In this document: piece after piece, positions 37,092-47,218 of the stretch
Numbering within the stretch: position 1 is the stretch's first letter
Layout: each line of letters begins with the position of its first letter
IMG/VR virus record: IMGVR_UViG_3300021254_000021
Location: 96,001-160,000 of that record
Reading direction: 5' to 3' (one strand)
Length of the DNA stretch: 64,000 nucleotides
Source of the DNA: a virus
Taxonomy: Duplodnaviria > Caudoviricetes
Translations under genes and position numbers: made by a program
The notes under the pieces: generated by a model
Database searches by the model: none
What the model was told of the DNA's origin: nothing
Seen by the model: the letters and a program-made list of their open reading frames with translations, nothing else

Positions 37092-37331
37092 ATGGATTTT
37101 GATGAACCAATTGGAATTGAGGACACTAAAGTGTATTCCGTTAGTCTCAGTCACCCAGAGGGTTATAGAAAACCCTTAAAGTGGAAAAAGGTTGAGCGAT
37201 GTATAAAGAAAATCCAGAATGGATTTGATCAAGATCGTGATCATATAGAAAGATCAGGAACATTTGAGCTTGTAGGTATTGATTTTGAGGAATTTGTTAG
37301 GAGATTAAAGAAGTATGCAGAAAGTAAGTAA
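37092..37331 (+). CDS. hypothetical protein
   Basis: 79 aa, GAGG SD. Confidence 0.65.
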   Translation: MDFDEPIGIEDTKVYSVSLSHPEGYRKPLKWKKVERCIKKIQNGFDQDRDHIERSGTFELVGIDFEEFVRRLKKYAESK

Positions 37332-37569
37332 TGAATTAGCATGGCATGAAGGGAAAGAGACACCAAGTATGTCCTCTGGCAGTTTCCTTATTCTCACTAC
37401 ATTAGGTGATATAGCAGAAGCGGAATATCACGATTATGGTGGTAGTAAATATTTTCATAATTATAGTGGCCCTTATTGGCTACAATACAGATGGTCTTCA
37501 CCAATACACCCAAACAATGTGGTAGCTTGGTGCAGACTAAGAGACATTAAATTACCAGAAGGAGAATAG
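37315..37569 (+). CDS. DUF551-like protein
   Basis: AWHEGKETP...VVAWC. Confidence 0.6.
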   Translation: MQKVSNELAWHEGKETPSMSSGSFLILTTLGDIAEAEYHDYGGSKYFHNYSGPYWLQYRWSSPIHPNNVVAWCRLRDIKLPEGE

Positions 37570-37571
37570 TC

Positions 37572-37793
37572 ATGCAGGCGACATTAGAAATATTATCAGA
37601 CAAATCCGTTCGATATATGAATTATGACTTAAATAGAATTTGCGAAACCGCAGATTCTATTTATTGGACACTTGTACCAAAAGAAGTACTAGCAATTTGG
37701 AATATTCCATATTTAGTTCGTTTGCATAATGGTGATACAGTTGTGCAAGAACAAAAAGTAATGCTATGTAAAATGAGTAATTGTGTAGAGTAA
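37572..37793 (+). CDS. hypothetical protein
   Basis: 73 aa with SD. Confidence 0.6.
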   Translation: MQATLEILSDKSVRYMNYDLNRICETADSIYWTLVPKEVLAIWNIPYLVRLHNGDTVVQEQKVMLCKMSNCVE

Positions 37794-37803
37794 GGGAATA
37801 ACT

Positions 37804-38181
37804 ATGTCTGGCTACATCTTTACTAACCCAATCTTTAAAACCAAAGTGCTTACTTACGAGAGACTAGCTTTCCGTACAGATGATGTTTGGTTTAGAGAAT
37901 ATCATGTCTTTGCTTCCGAAGCAGAAATAGAAGAGGATTTAGCTCATTATAAAGGGAGTGTGAACATTCGTAATGCCGAAGTTTATGATGTTATTATAGA
38001 TCTTACTAAGCCTATAATGATGCAGACTTTACCGACGAGGACGTGTAAAGGTTGTGGAGAAAAAATAGACGGAAATAATAAAGATAAGCGACCAACGATT
38101 TGTGATAACGACTGGTATTGCGATTATGACTGTTATTGCAAGCATAATCCAAACAAAGTTAAAAGGCTGTTAGAGACATGA
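37804..38181 (+). CDS. hypothetical protein with C-terminal TRASH-like zinc finger
   Basis: CKGCG...YCDYDC. Confidence 0.65.
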   Translation: MSGYIFTNPIFKTKVLTYERLAFRTDDVWFREYHVFASEAEIEEDLAHYKGSVNIRNAEVYDVIIDLTKPIMMQTLPTRTCKGCGEKIDGNNKDKRPTICDNDWYCDYDCYCKHNPNKVKRLLET

Positions 38182-38633
38182 AAGCAGATAACAAATATAA
38201 AGTCTTTGTACCTAAGAATCCGAGATTGAATTTTGACTTTGAGGAAGTTCAGACCGTCTATTTTCGTGGCTATACAGATTTTTTAGATGGTGATGATTAT
38301 ATAGTCAACCGTAATACACGAAAAGAAGGCTACCTAGTTTCCTATTCCTTTGAATATTGGGGATTGGGTTATGAAGAACCTGATTTCGGCGAGGGTGATA
38401 TAGCCACATTCAGTTCTTTTAAATCTGCATTAGAGTGGATTAACCGTCATGGTGTAATAGGTCATAGAGTTAATTCCATGTCTTACATATATCTTATTGA
38501 ATCAGATAAGTATGTGTACACGGCTTATAACATACTGAAATCCACTAAGCGTTCAGAAAGATTCTATAAAGAGGAAGTGTGTAAGATAGAAAAGGATAGT
38601 CTCACTTTGGATGATGATTTAGATTATCTATGA
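38178..38633 (+). CDS. hypothetical protein
   Basis: 151 aa, ATGA overlap. Confidence 0.65.
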   Translation: MKADNKYKVFVPKNPRLNFDFEEVQTVYFRGYTDFLDGDDYIVNRNTRKEGYLVSYSFEYWGLGYEEPDFGEGDIATFSSFKSALEWINRHGVIGHRVNSMSYIYLIESDKYVYTAYNILKSTKRSERFYKEEVCKIEKDSLTLDDDLDYL

Positions 38634-38682
38634 TAATGTGGTGTATTATTCACCTTTAAATTTATTAGTAAGGAGACATAAA

Positions 38683-39573
38683 ATGAGAGAGTTAAGACGC
38701 GGCAGAGTGGATGAAAAAATTCAAGGTGTAGATGAGCATGACAATAGTGTAAAGATGGTGACGTTCGCTCAAGCCAATAAAGGTCTTTCAATGGAAGACT
38801 TTATAAAGAAGGCGGGTAATATATCATGGATTAAATCCCTAGGTGATACAGATGCACAATGCCTGATTGCCTTGGGGTGTGTTGTATTAGCTAAGCTCAA
38901 TGATACATCTCGTTTAAATGTATGGGACACCATCTTTGGGGTAGGTAAAGAAGATGGGTTACTTACGGATAAGGAAGCACATAGAATTATTTTAAATACC
39001 TACTATGATAAGAAATCCCCAAAATCTGCATTAGAAGGTGTTGTGTCTGGCCTGTACCATTTCTGGCATAACACTCCAATGTATCCTGCAATCAAAGATA
39101 CCTATAGTAGAACACAGTCAAAGGATGCGGCGTATGTCGCAGGTGTTTGTGGTGCAGGTAGTGAATTGGATGATGAGGGTAATCTGCACAGTAGTTCTGG
39201 TGATGTGTTAGATTTTGACACCATTTCTAAGGATGGTTCTCTTAAACGTAAGAAGAAATCAGAGTCTTTTAAATCAGGTATATTCCCAGAGAATGATTCT
39301 TATTCTAAGACAGATTTTGACTCGGATTTTCGTTGGCTTCATAGAGCATTTATTAGTAATATAGGTACATTAGAAGATAGATTAAGTATAGAAACTAAAG
39401 AGGATATAGAGTTTCTTATAGAGTATATGGAGAGAATGCTTAAAAAGATAGACTCTTTTGATATAGCAGGTAAAGAACATTTAAGGCAAGATCTATACAG
39501 TCAGATAGAAGAATTAAATAAATTATATAAGGAATACTCTATAGGGGAGAGTAGAAAAGGTCAACTACGTTAA
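38683..39573 (+). CDS. multi-domain protein with basic..E(S) linkers (candidate capsid cargo)
   Basis: AAGGAG SD before ATG 38683; MRELRRGRVDE, KRKKKSES, GESRK; followed by a terminator. Confidence 0.75.
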   Translation: MRELRRGRVDEKIQGVDEHDNSVKMVTFAQANKGLSMEDFIKKAGNISWIKSLGDTDAQCLIALGCVVLAKLNDTSRLNVWDTIFGVGKEDGLLTDKEAHRIILNTYYDKKSPKSALEGVVSGLYHFWHNTPMYPAIKDTYSRTQSKDAAYVAGVCGAGSELDDEGNLHSSSGDVLDFDTISKDGSLKRKKKSESFKSGIFPENDSYSKTDFDSDFRWLHRAFISNIGTLEDRLSIETKEDIEFLIEYMERMLKKIDSFDIAGKEHLRQDLYSQIEELNKLYKEYSIGESRKGQLR

Positions 39574-39585
39574 AGTAACGAAATC

Positions 39586-39612
39586 AAGCCCTAGCCAATC
39601 ACTAGGGCTTTT
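39586..39612 (+). terminator. intrinsic terminator
   Basis: AAGCCCTAG...CTAGGGCTTTT. Confidence 0.85.
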
Positions 39613-39801
39613 ATTTTGCTATTACCTTATCTCTCCATGCTACTACACCACGGATAGCTAAATAGACTGCAAAATTACCCATAGCTTTTCGTATATGGTA
39701 TTTAGCTTATTTAAGCTAGGAGTAGTTATACACAGATGGTGTATTAACAATAACGGAAATACCCAAAGAGGAACAAACAGCTTTAGAATGCAGGAGAGTG
39801 G

Positions 39802-40611
39802 GTGATGGGAATGTTTGATTTTAAAATGGCTGTGGTGGTTGTAAAAGACACAGAGAGTAAAACAAGGGATGTTTATATCACTAGACCTTTTAAGTATATC
39901 CCAGACCGCTCTCAATCCGATTTTATTAAATTCATAGACAACAGTATGTCTGCTTGTATTCGTGAGAAAAAGAAGGATAAAGAGTGGAGTCCTGTAAAGG
40001 GTATAAATGATTTACTAAGATTGGAGATGAGTGATAATGGTTTCCAGTATTTTGTTATAGAGAAGCATGGAGATAATATTTCCTTAGAGAACGAAATCAA
40101 TCTTCTCAAACAGTCCAGAATCTTTATCTTAGACTTTAGTAATCCGAATTATTATCATGCTTGGTCTTATGATTATTTAGAACCACAGAGATCTAGGAGT
40201 AGAGGTTATCTCTTAGTGGATGAGGATGATGTTATTAAGAATATGCAGATGATTAGTGATAATGTTACTTCATCCTGTATTAAACATTATCCAGAATCCG
40301 CCCATAAGGTAACGGATTATTCCTTAGAGATAAACGATTTACCAGAATTAGGAACTGGTATTCTTTCCGTATCCTGTATGATAAAAACAGGTATTATTTC
40401 AATATCGGGCACATGGTTTGTGGATGATGATAAAAGAAAGCTAATAGATGTGTTACCATTAGACACTAAGCACTATATTAAATTATATCGTCATATAGAC
40501 AGTAAGCCTGTGTATGAAGGGGAGATGGAAGTAAGTAAAGTAGAACTGGGTTTAGATGCTTATAAAGCTGAGGGTTATGCTACTATGTCCATAGTATTTG
40601 AAGGTGTTTAA
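39802..40611 (+). CDS. hypothetical protein
   Basis: 269-aa ORF. Confidence 0.7.
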   Translation: MMGMFDFKMAVVVVKDTESKTRDVYITRPFKYIPDRSQSDFIKFIDNSMSACIREKKKDKEWSPVKGINDLLRLEMSDNGFQYFVIEKHGDNISLENEINLLKQSRIFILDFSNPNYYHAWSYDYLEPQRSRSRGYLLVDEDDVIKNMQMISDNVTSSCIKHYPESAHKVTDYSLEINDLPELGTGILSVSCMIKTGIISISGTWFVDDDKRKLIDVLPLDTKHYIKLYRHIDSKPVYEGEMEVSKVELGLDAYKAEGYATMSIVFEGV

Positions 40612-40614
40612 ATT

Positions 40615-40815
40615 ATGCGTAAACGTAAACCATACACAGTATTAGTAGTAGAGGGTAATAAATTCCGTTATGTGGATGCTGACACAGAGATTGAAGCGAT
40701 AGACATTGTGAATGAGGAATTGTCTAAAAAGGCTACAACGTGTATCGCATATTATTGGAATCCTAACTGGAATGGTTATTCCCATCTTTTAGAAAAGAGT
40801 AAGGAGAATATGTAA
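40615..40815 (+). CDS. hypothetical protein
   Basis: 66-aa ORF. Confidence 0.6.
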   Translation: MRKRKPYTVLVVEGNKFRYVDADTEIEAIDIVNEELSKKATTCIAYYWNPNWNGYSHLLEKSKENM

Positions 40816-41063
40816 TGGTTTATTACACCATTAAGTTCATTCGTTGGGACGATAATAACCGAGCTGTATTTGTGGCAGAGCCAATAGACGGTTGTATTGA
40901 AATTAAGGCAGGGAATCTCGAAACTGAAAACACTTTATGGAATGTCGCCAAAGGATGTTACTCATTCTGCATTAAGGATGATATGACAGGTAAACAGGGT
41001 GTGCAGATTGTGGATAGCATAGCTATAAGAAAATCGGAAAACATTATTGAGGGTGAAGAATAA
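40815..41063 (+). CDS. hypothetical protein
   Basis: 82 aa with SD. Confidence 0.6.
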   Translation: MVYYTIKFIRWDDNNRAVFVAEPIDGCIEIKAGNLETENTLWNVAKGCYSFCIKDDMTGKQGVQIVDSIAIRKSENIIEGEE

Positions 41064-41065
41064 GC

Positions 41066-41188
41066 ATGAATTACGGTTCTACGGGAATAGCCTGTCTAAA
41101 CACAAATCGTAAATCCATAGGTATAGAGTTAAACGACAACTATTTCGATGTCGCAAAGCAACGAATAGAAAATCACACAGGAGACTAA
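41066..41188 (+). pseudogene. C-terminal remnant of an N4-C/N6-A DNA methyltransferase
   Basis: GSTGIACLNTNRKSIGIELNDNYFDVAKQRIENH, closely resembling the 42420-42629 C-terminus. Confidence 0.8.
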
Positions 41189-41190
41189 GT

Positions 41191-41853
41191 ATGGGACTTG
41201 ACGTACATTTCTATAACAGAAAAAAGATAAAGCCAGAACATAAAGTGGATGGCATAGATGTATTAAAAGAAGTGTCTGAATTATCTGCTGACACTGAATT
41301 ATTGCAAGCACTTAAGCGTCTAAAAGAATATACCTTACTATCAGAGGAAAGACTTAATGAATGCTTAGTAAAAGCAATAAATCAATTTGTAGAACGGGAA
41401 TCCGATTTCTATGATGATAGGCATTGTGAGGTAGCCTATTTCCGTAAATTCTGGTGGGTATTAAATTTCTTTGAATATACTGATTCGGATTATGCCAATG
41501 ATAAACCAGTATCAAAAGAGCAAATAGAAGAGGCTAGAAACCTTGCAGAGAAAACCATTAAAATGGTGATGAAACACTTTACCGATAAAGGATTTGAGAT
41601 TGAACATTCACCACTTGAATATACAGGCCAAACTTCTAGGTGGGGTGGAAAACAACCAGAATATCTAACTTTCAAAAATGGTATTCTGTCAGGCGAGTTA
41701 GAGCAAGAAGCAGATTCTATCTGTTCTGATATATTTGACTGTGAAGATACTTTCCTATTTTGTAAGGTATGTGAGTTATACACTCAATTTACAAATATTC
41801 TAAATGAGACAGACTGGGACTACGAGCAGATAGTCCTTAATGCAGACTGGTAA
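41191..41853 (+). CDS. hypothetical protein, paralog of 24548-25261
   Basis: MGLD..EVAYFRK..ETDW...IVLNADW. Confidence 0.7.
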   Translation: MGLDVHFYNRKKIKPEHKVDGIDVLKEVSELSADTELLQALKRLKEYTLLSEERLNECLVKAINQFVERESDFYDDRHCEVAYFRKFWWVLNFFEYTDSDYANDKPVSKEQIEEARNLAEKTIKMVMKHFTDKGFEIEHSPLEYTGQTSRWGGKQPEYLTFKNGILSGELEQEADSICSDIFDCEDTFLFCKVCELYTQFTNILNETDWDYEQIVLNADW

Positions 41854-41856
41854 AAG

Positions 41857-42629
41857 ATGGATCATATTATAACTAACTCTTATTCTTTATTTAATGGTGA
41901 TTGTTTAGAGATTATAAAACAAATACCAGACCATTCTATACAGCTTTGTCTGTGTGATCTTCCTTATGGTGTATTAAACAAATCAAATAAATCAGCACAA
42001 TGGGACAAACCAATAGATTTGCAACTTCTATGGAGTGAGTTTAGAAGAATAGGTAAGGAAAATTGTGCTTATGTTTTCTTTGCATCAGGATTATTCACAC
42101 ATGATTTAATAGAAAGTAATCGCAAGGATTTTAAATATACTTTAGTATGGGACAAAAAGTAGTAACAGGATTTCTTAATGCTAAAAAACAGCCTTTACGT
42201 AGGCATGAGGATATATTAGTATTTTACCAGAAGCAATGTGTTTATAATCCTCAATTTACAAAGGGGAAACCTTCTCATATTCGTGGTGAAAATGCTAAGT
42301 CTTGTAATAAGCTATGGGGATCTACTGAAGTAGAAGCACAGAAAATAGTAAATGTTAAAAAATATACAGATGATTAGTACCCGACATCCATATTACAGTT
42401 TGAAAAGAATATTCATGTATTGAATCATCCAACTGAAAAGCCAGTGTCTATACTAGAATACTTAATAAAAACTTATTCTAATGAAGGAGATGTGATATTA
42501 GATCCAACAATGGGAAGTGGAAGTTGTGGTGAAGCATGTTTAAATACAGGTAGAAAATTTATTGGAATTGAGTTAGACACAACTTGGTTTAACTTTGCCA
42601 AAGAAAGGATAGAAAATCATGTACAGTGA
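41857..42629 (+). pseudogene. N4-C/N6-A DNA methyltransferase (beta class), disrupted
   Basis: GDCLE..CDLPYG; frameshift in an A5 run near 42154 ([22 protein letters not shown]); in-frame TAG at 42375; HPTEKP, LDPTMGSGS. Confidence 0.9.
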
Positions 42630-43065
42630 TTTAAGAAAGGTATTTAACAAGTATAAAGACTATGATTATATAGACCCCGATTTTGCCACCTACTTCATTA
42701 AGTCACCAGAGGAATTTGATGAACAGCATGGTGGAATATGTTGGGACTTTGTAGTAGCCATAGCTAATGAGCTAAACAAATATGACATTCCTTATACCTG
42801 TTATTTCTCTGAGGTACAGAAAAGGGATAAAACGGTTGCTACGCATACCTATATAATTGCAGATGGTTATTGGATAGAGTGTAGTTGGCAGAAGTATAAG
42901 GGTATTAGAATGGTGGATTCTTTTACCAATATAGAGAATCTTTTATTAAGGTATTACAAGTGTAATGAGGTACATACAGTATCTTATAACCCTTTAAAGA
43001 CTGTTGGCAAGACGGATAACCAATTCTTCTTTCACCTTAATGAGTATGGGAAAGAATTATCCTAA
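42619..43065 (+). CDS. transglutaminase/papain-like fold protein
   Basis: GGICWDF..THTY..WIE putative Cys-His-acid triad. Confidence 0.55.
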   Translation: MYSDLRKVFNKYKDYDYIDPDFATYFIKSPEEFDEQHGGICWDFVVAIANELNKYDIPYTCYFSEVQKRDKTVATHTYIIADGYWIECSWQKYKGIRMVDSFTNIENLLLRYYKCNEVHTVSYNPLKTVGKTDNQFFFHLNEYGKELS

Positions 43066-43086
43066 AATTAAAAGAGAAAATATAAT

Positions 43087-43350
43087 ATGGTGAATATAGA
43101 AGATTTAGAATTAGAAGAAGGAACAATTGTCTTAGAACCACAATCATCCTATAATAAGGCAATTATAGGTGTATCCATAGACTCTAAGCATATCATTTAT
43201 AGTTATGACCTATTACTTTATACTCTTGTAGAAGGTGGTATGTCTTATGAGGATGCTATGGATTGGTTAGAATATAACACTTTTCGTTCTTTAGCTTATA
43301 TGGACGTAGAGTATAGACCTATAATAATTAGGTCTATAGAGGAGGAATAG
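43087..43350 (+). CDS. conserved-type phage hypothetical protein
   Basis: AIIGV..IIYSYD..GMSYEDA.DW.EYN. Confidence 0.7.
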   Translation: MVNIEDLELEEGTIVLEPQSSYNKAIIGVSIDSKHIIYSYDLLLYTLVEGGMSYEDAMDWLEYNTFRSLAYMDVEYRPIIIRSIEEE

Positions 43351-43351
43351 A

Positions 43352-43573
43352 ATGCAATATCTTTATTCATACAGATTTAAAGTAACTACAGATCCTAATG
43401 ATAAAGACTCTATTTATTTTCCTGATTTAATTGGCGCACAGTTAGGTATAGAGGAAGCTAAGGATAATATTAGACAATTCTTAGAGCGAGAGGAAACTAA
43501 AATTCAGAAAATAAAGGATGATATTCCTAATATGATCAATTTAATTAACGCTTACTTTGGAGGTAAACAATGA
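43352..43573 (+). CDS. hypothetical protein
   Basis: 73-aa ORF. Confidence 0.6.
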   Translation: MQYLYSYRFKVTTDPNDKDSIYFPDLIGAQLGIEEAKDNIRQFLEREETKIQKIKDDIPNMINLINAYFGGKQ

Positions 43574-45561
43574 GTGGCGGACACTTCGATTACCAAGACT
43601 CTCGCATCTATGACTTTGCAGAATATGTTGAATATTTTAAACCGAAAAATATTAATGATAAGACAACAGTATTAGAACATACATCAAAACTAAATAGATT
43701 ATTACATGACAATGGTATTCCTGAAAAACTTCGTAGTCAATTCGTAGGTACATGTTTGTTGGCTTTAAAGAATAATTTAACCTATAAAGGACTTAATACC
43801 AGTCAAATTATCGCTGGTATTAAGGATGTATTAGGAAGCCTTCTTGAGGGTAGTGTAGACAAGGCAGATAAAATAGCAATTTTACACACACAGATATTAC
43901 AAAGTCAAAGTGTAGAAAAGATTAAGTCGGAAAATTTTGAAAGGTTACTACTATTTATTGAGACTAACATTGTTCCTTATATTAACGAGTCAAGTAATGA
44001 AGGACATGATATTTTAAGTTATTTTTTTACAACATTTAATAAATATGTAGCCAGAGAAGATAAGAATCAAGCATTCACTCCAAACCATATTGCTCAGTTC
44101 ATGGCTACTGTTGCGGGTATTTATAGAACATCACGAATTTTAGACCCAACATGTGGTTCTGGAACATTTCTTGTGCAAGCTATGACTCAAGCACTTAACC
44201 AATGTGATACCAATGAAGAGCGTGATGCCATAAAAAGAGAACAAATCTATGGTATAGAGTTCGATAGAAATGTGTATGGATTGGCAACAACAAATATGCT
44301 AATTCATGGTGATGGAAACTCAAATATTCGATGTGGATCATGTTTTGATTTAGGTGATTGGATAAAGAAAAGTAATGCGGATGTTGTTTTAATGAATCCA
44401 CCATATAATGCGTCAAAGAATCAGGTAACAGATAGATTTGCTTCAACATGGAGCAAAACGAGTACAGACCCATCAAAGGGGTTTAGTTTTGTTGAATTTG
44501 TTGCTGATAAGGTTGGGAAAGGAAGATTAGTAACACTTTTGCCTATGGCATGTGCAATTCAAACAGATGGTGTAATCGGTGATTTTAAACAAAAGATGCT
44601 TGAAAAGCATACGTTAGATGCGGTATTTTCATTTCCAACTGAAATGTTTTATCCTGGGGCTAGTGCTGTTGCGTGTTGTATGGTTTTCGATTTAGGAAAG
44701 CCACATAAACCAGACAAAGAGACATTCTTTGGATATTTCAGGGAAGATGGTTTTGAAAAGCGCAAAGGTGTAGGTCGTGTTGATGTGTATGAAACATGGG
44801 AAACAATTCAAAAGGATTGGCTACACTTATATAATCATCGTTTAACAGTTGCTGGTAAGTCGATTAATCGTCATGTGAAAGCAACGGACGAATGGTGTGC
44901 GGAAGCATATATGAAAGCAGACTATTCTAAACTTTCAAAAAAGATGTTTTTGAATACAGTGCGAGAGTATATATCCTACCTCGTTAAAGATAATATGACC
45001 TTATCATTTCTACCCACTGGCCAAAATAATGGTGCATTAGATTGGATTAACGATTTAATTTGTAATTTGTCTGAACGTTCAATTAAAGATTCTTCGATTG
45101 ATACATCCTCTTGGGTGGAAATTGAAATCCAAAAATACTTTAATGTTAAGGCTGGAAAATACTATTATTCTTATGAGTATGACAATGGTGATACTCCTTA
45201 TTTATCGGCTTCAAATGAAAACAATGGGGTAAAAGAAAGAATTAGTATTCCTCCTGATTTTGATGGTAATTGTATTGTTACAGGAAAAGTAGGGTGTACA
45301 TCTTTCTACGAACCTTTTTCTTTTTGTGCTACAAGTGATGTAAATATTTTACTACCAAAATTTCATCTAAATGTAGAGATTGGTCTTTTTATAGCTACCA
45401 TAATTAACTTTAACGAAAACTTTCGATGGAATTATGGACGACAATGCCGTGTAGGTAATACACAGAGAATTAAGATCTTTCTTCCTTCAAAAAAAGGAGA
45501 ACCAGACTGGCAGTTTATGGAGAATTACATAAAGTCGCTCCCATACGGAGACAGGATTTAG
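43570..45561 (+). CDS. N6-adenine DNA methyltransferase fused to a specificity (TRD) domain, type IIG/IIB-like, lacking a nuclease domain
   Basis: AFTP.HI, LDPTCGSGTFL, YGIE, NMLIHGDG, LMNPPY; C-terminal TPYLSAS..NNG and LP...GEPDW.FMENYI S-domain motifs. Confidence 0.85.
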   Translation: MSGGHFDYQDSRIYDFAEYVEYFKPKNINDKTTVLEHTSKLNRLLHDNGIPEKLRSQFVGTCLLALKNNLTYKGLNTSQIIAGIKDVLGSLLEGSVDKADKIAILHTQILQSQSVEKIKSENFERLLLFIETNIVPYINESSNEGHDILSYFFTTFNKYVAREDKNQAFTPNHIAQFMATVAGIYRTSRILDPTCGSGTFLVQAMTQALNQCDTNEERDAIKREQIYGIEFDRNVYGLATTNMLIHGDGNSNIRCGSCFDLGDWIKKSNADVVLMNPPYNASKNQVTDRFASTWSKTSTDPSKGFSFVEFVADKVGKGRLVTLLPMACAIQTDGVIGDFKQKMLEKHTLDAVFSFPTEMFYPGASAVACCMVFDLGKPHKPDKETFFGYFREDGFEKRKGVGRVDVYETWETIQKDWLHLYNHRLTVAGKSINRHVKATDEWCAEAYMKADYSKLSKKMFLNTVREYISYLVKDNMTLSFLPTGQNNGALDWINDLICNLSERSIKDSSIDTSSWVEIEIQKYFNVKAGKYYYSYEYDNGDTPYLSASNENNGVKERISIPPDFDGNCIVTGKVGCTSFYEPFSFCATSDVNILLPKFHLNVEIGLFIATIINFNENFRWNYGRQCRVGNTQRIKIFLPSKKGEPDWQFMENYIKSLPYGDRI

Positions 45562-45631
45562 GTAGTGAAATATCTCAAAACCAAGTACAGTTTGCACTAA
45601 ATCGCATATCCAAATGGAACAAGGAGACAGC

Positions 45632-46261
45632 ATGAAGATTATAGAACCATATTATGAGATTCTTACACCTATTAATGGTAAAGAGGCTCTGCAAACAATA
45701 GAGTATTGTGCCCGCACTTGCTACCAGTCTTACGATAAACAGACGGATGATTCCTGTTTCCAGTTTGTAAAGATGCTTATGGGGAGAAACCATGAATCAT
45801 GTTTAGAACACTATTCATTCTCTGTTAAATTTGTAGTAGACAGGGCTATTCAGAATGAAATAGTGCGGCATAGACTTAGCTCATTCTGTTGCTCAAGTAC
45901 ACGTTACTGTAATTATTCTAAAGATAAGTTTGGTAATGAGATAACAGTCATTCGACCATTCTTTTATAAAGATGGTACAGCGGAATTTGAGTTTTGGAAA
46001 AAGGCGATGAAGGATGCAGAGGCTTATTACTTATTCTTAGTGTCACATTCCAAACCAGAGGAAGCTAGGTGTGTATTACCGCTATCACTTAAAACAGAAT
46101 TGGTTATGACAGCTAATATTCGAGAATGGCGTCATTTCTTAAAGTTGAGAACGTCGGCATTTTCCCACCCACAAATGCGTCAAGTCACTATCCCTCTTTT
46201 AAACGAGCTTAAATCTTTAATACCTGTGGTGTTTGATGATATAGAAGGTGAAGTAGAGTGA
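45632..46261 (+). CDS. thyX: flavin-dependent thymidylate synthase
   Basis: ARTCYQS, HESCLEH, RHRxxSxxxSTRY, ARCVLP, NIREWRHF..LR, HPQMR. Confidence 0.95.
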   Translation: MKIIEPYYEILTPINGKEALQTIEYCARTCYQSYDKQTDDSCFQFVKMLMGRNHESCLEHYSFSVKFVVDRAIQNEIVRHRLSSFCCSSTRYCNYSKDKFGNEITVIRPFFYKDGTAEFEFWKKAMKDAEAYYLFLVSHSKPEEARCVLPLSLKTELVMTANIREWRHFLKLRTSAFSHPQMRQVTIPLLNELKSLIPVVFDDIEGEVE

Positions 46262-47037
46262 TGAGAAGTCCGATTAAGTACTTTGGGGGTAAAATCTATA
46301 TGCAGGGAGAGATTCAATCTTGTTACCCGTCAAATCTTTATGATTACACTTTTGTTGAGGGTTTTGGTGGCGGGGCTTCCGCTTTATTTGCCAAACCCCC
46401 ATTTGGGGTAGAGGTGTATAATGACTTAGACGAAAACCTGTATGCTTTATTTAAGGTATTGCAGGATAAGGAATTATTCGCAGTCTTTAAGTCTAAGTTA
46501 GACCTCACACCTTATTCCAAACAAATCAGACAGGAATTTAAGGACAGCATAAAGCAGGATAACATTGACCTAGTTACCCGCGCCTTCATGTTCTTCTACA
46601 TTAACCGAACATCCTTTAACGGGGTAGGTGGGTTCTGCACTAATTTAAGTGTACGCAGGAACATGAGCAAGGCTGTTTCGGATTATCTGTCTATGGTGGA
46701 TTACCTTCCAGAGATACACGACCGCATTTCTAGAGTGATCATTGAAAAGGTGGACATTCTGGAACTGTTAGACAAGTATAATAAACCCTCAATTTTCTTT
46801 TACCTTGATCCACCCTATGTTCACTCTACTCGAAAATCCACGGCTCGCTATAACGTAGAGATGACGGACGATCAACACCGATCCATGATAGAGGCCATCA
46901 TTAACCATAGTGGAAAGTTCGTGATTTCTGGTTACGATAATCCCATCTATGACCCCCTGTTGGATAACGGGTTCAATAAGAAAAACTTTAAGTCTCCCTC
47001 CTCTGAATCCATAGAGACAGTTTGGTTTAATACTTGA
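46258..47037 (+). CDS. Dam-like (D12 class) DNA adenine methyltransferase
   Basis: PIKYFGGK, FVEGFGGGAS, VYNDLD, FYLDPPY. Confidence 0.9.
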   Translation: MMRSPIKYFGGKIYMQGEIQSCYPSNLYDYTFVEGFGGGASALFAKPPFGVEVYNDLDENLYALFKVLQDKELFAVFKSKLDLTPYSKQIRQEFKDSIKQDNIDLVTRAFMFFYINRTSFNGVGGFCTNLSVRRNMSKAVSDYLSMVDYLPEIHDRISRVIIEKVDILELLDKYNKPSIFFYLDPPYVHSTRKSTARYNVEMTDDQHRSMIEAIINHSGKFVISGYDNPIYDPLLDNGFNKKNFKSPSSESIETVWFNT

Positions 47038-47076
47038 GTGTGTCACCTGAATGAAAAGATTAAAGAGTTAATTTAA
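47038..47076. repeat. bipartite motif, copy 2 (halves in reversed order)
   Basis: GTGTGTCACCTGAATGAAA then AGTTAATTTAA. Confidence 0.6.
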
Positions 47077-47142
47077 GGTATGGAGTCCTCGGGTTAAACC
47101 TTCTTAGAAAGGTTGCCTAAATTTTCGTATTATGGTATGCAC

Positions 47143-47194
47143 TAGTGGGAGAGGATTTAGTAGGTGAATCCCCTGAGACCAATTTTACAAAAAT
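47143..47194 (+). repeat. hairpin-leader element, copy 7
   Basis: TAGTGGGA...ATCCCCTGAGACCAATTTTACAAAAAT. Confidence 0.85.
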
Positions 47195-47218
47195 TTTCCA
47201 AACTCTTGGAGGGTTGCT

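Noticed and set aside
39560-39582. GTCAACTAC plus a short hairpin as another omega-RNA relic
   Set aside because: Only 9 nt match, within a coding end, with no downstream scaffold blocks
42375-42377. In-frame TAG in the methylase as evidence of TAG recoding (code 15)
   Set aside because: Many genes end in TAG directly before the next SD/start, long genes are intact under the standard code, and the same gene also has a frameshift
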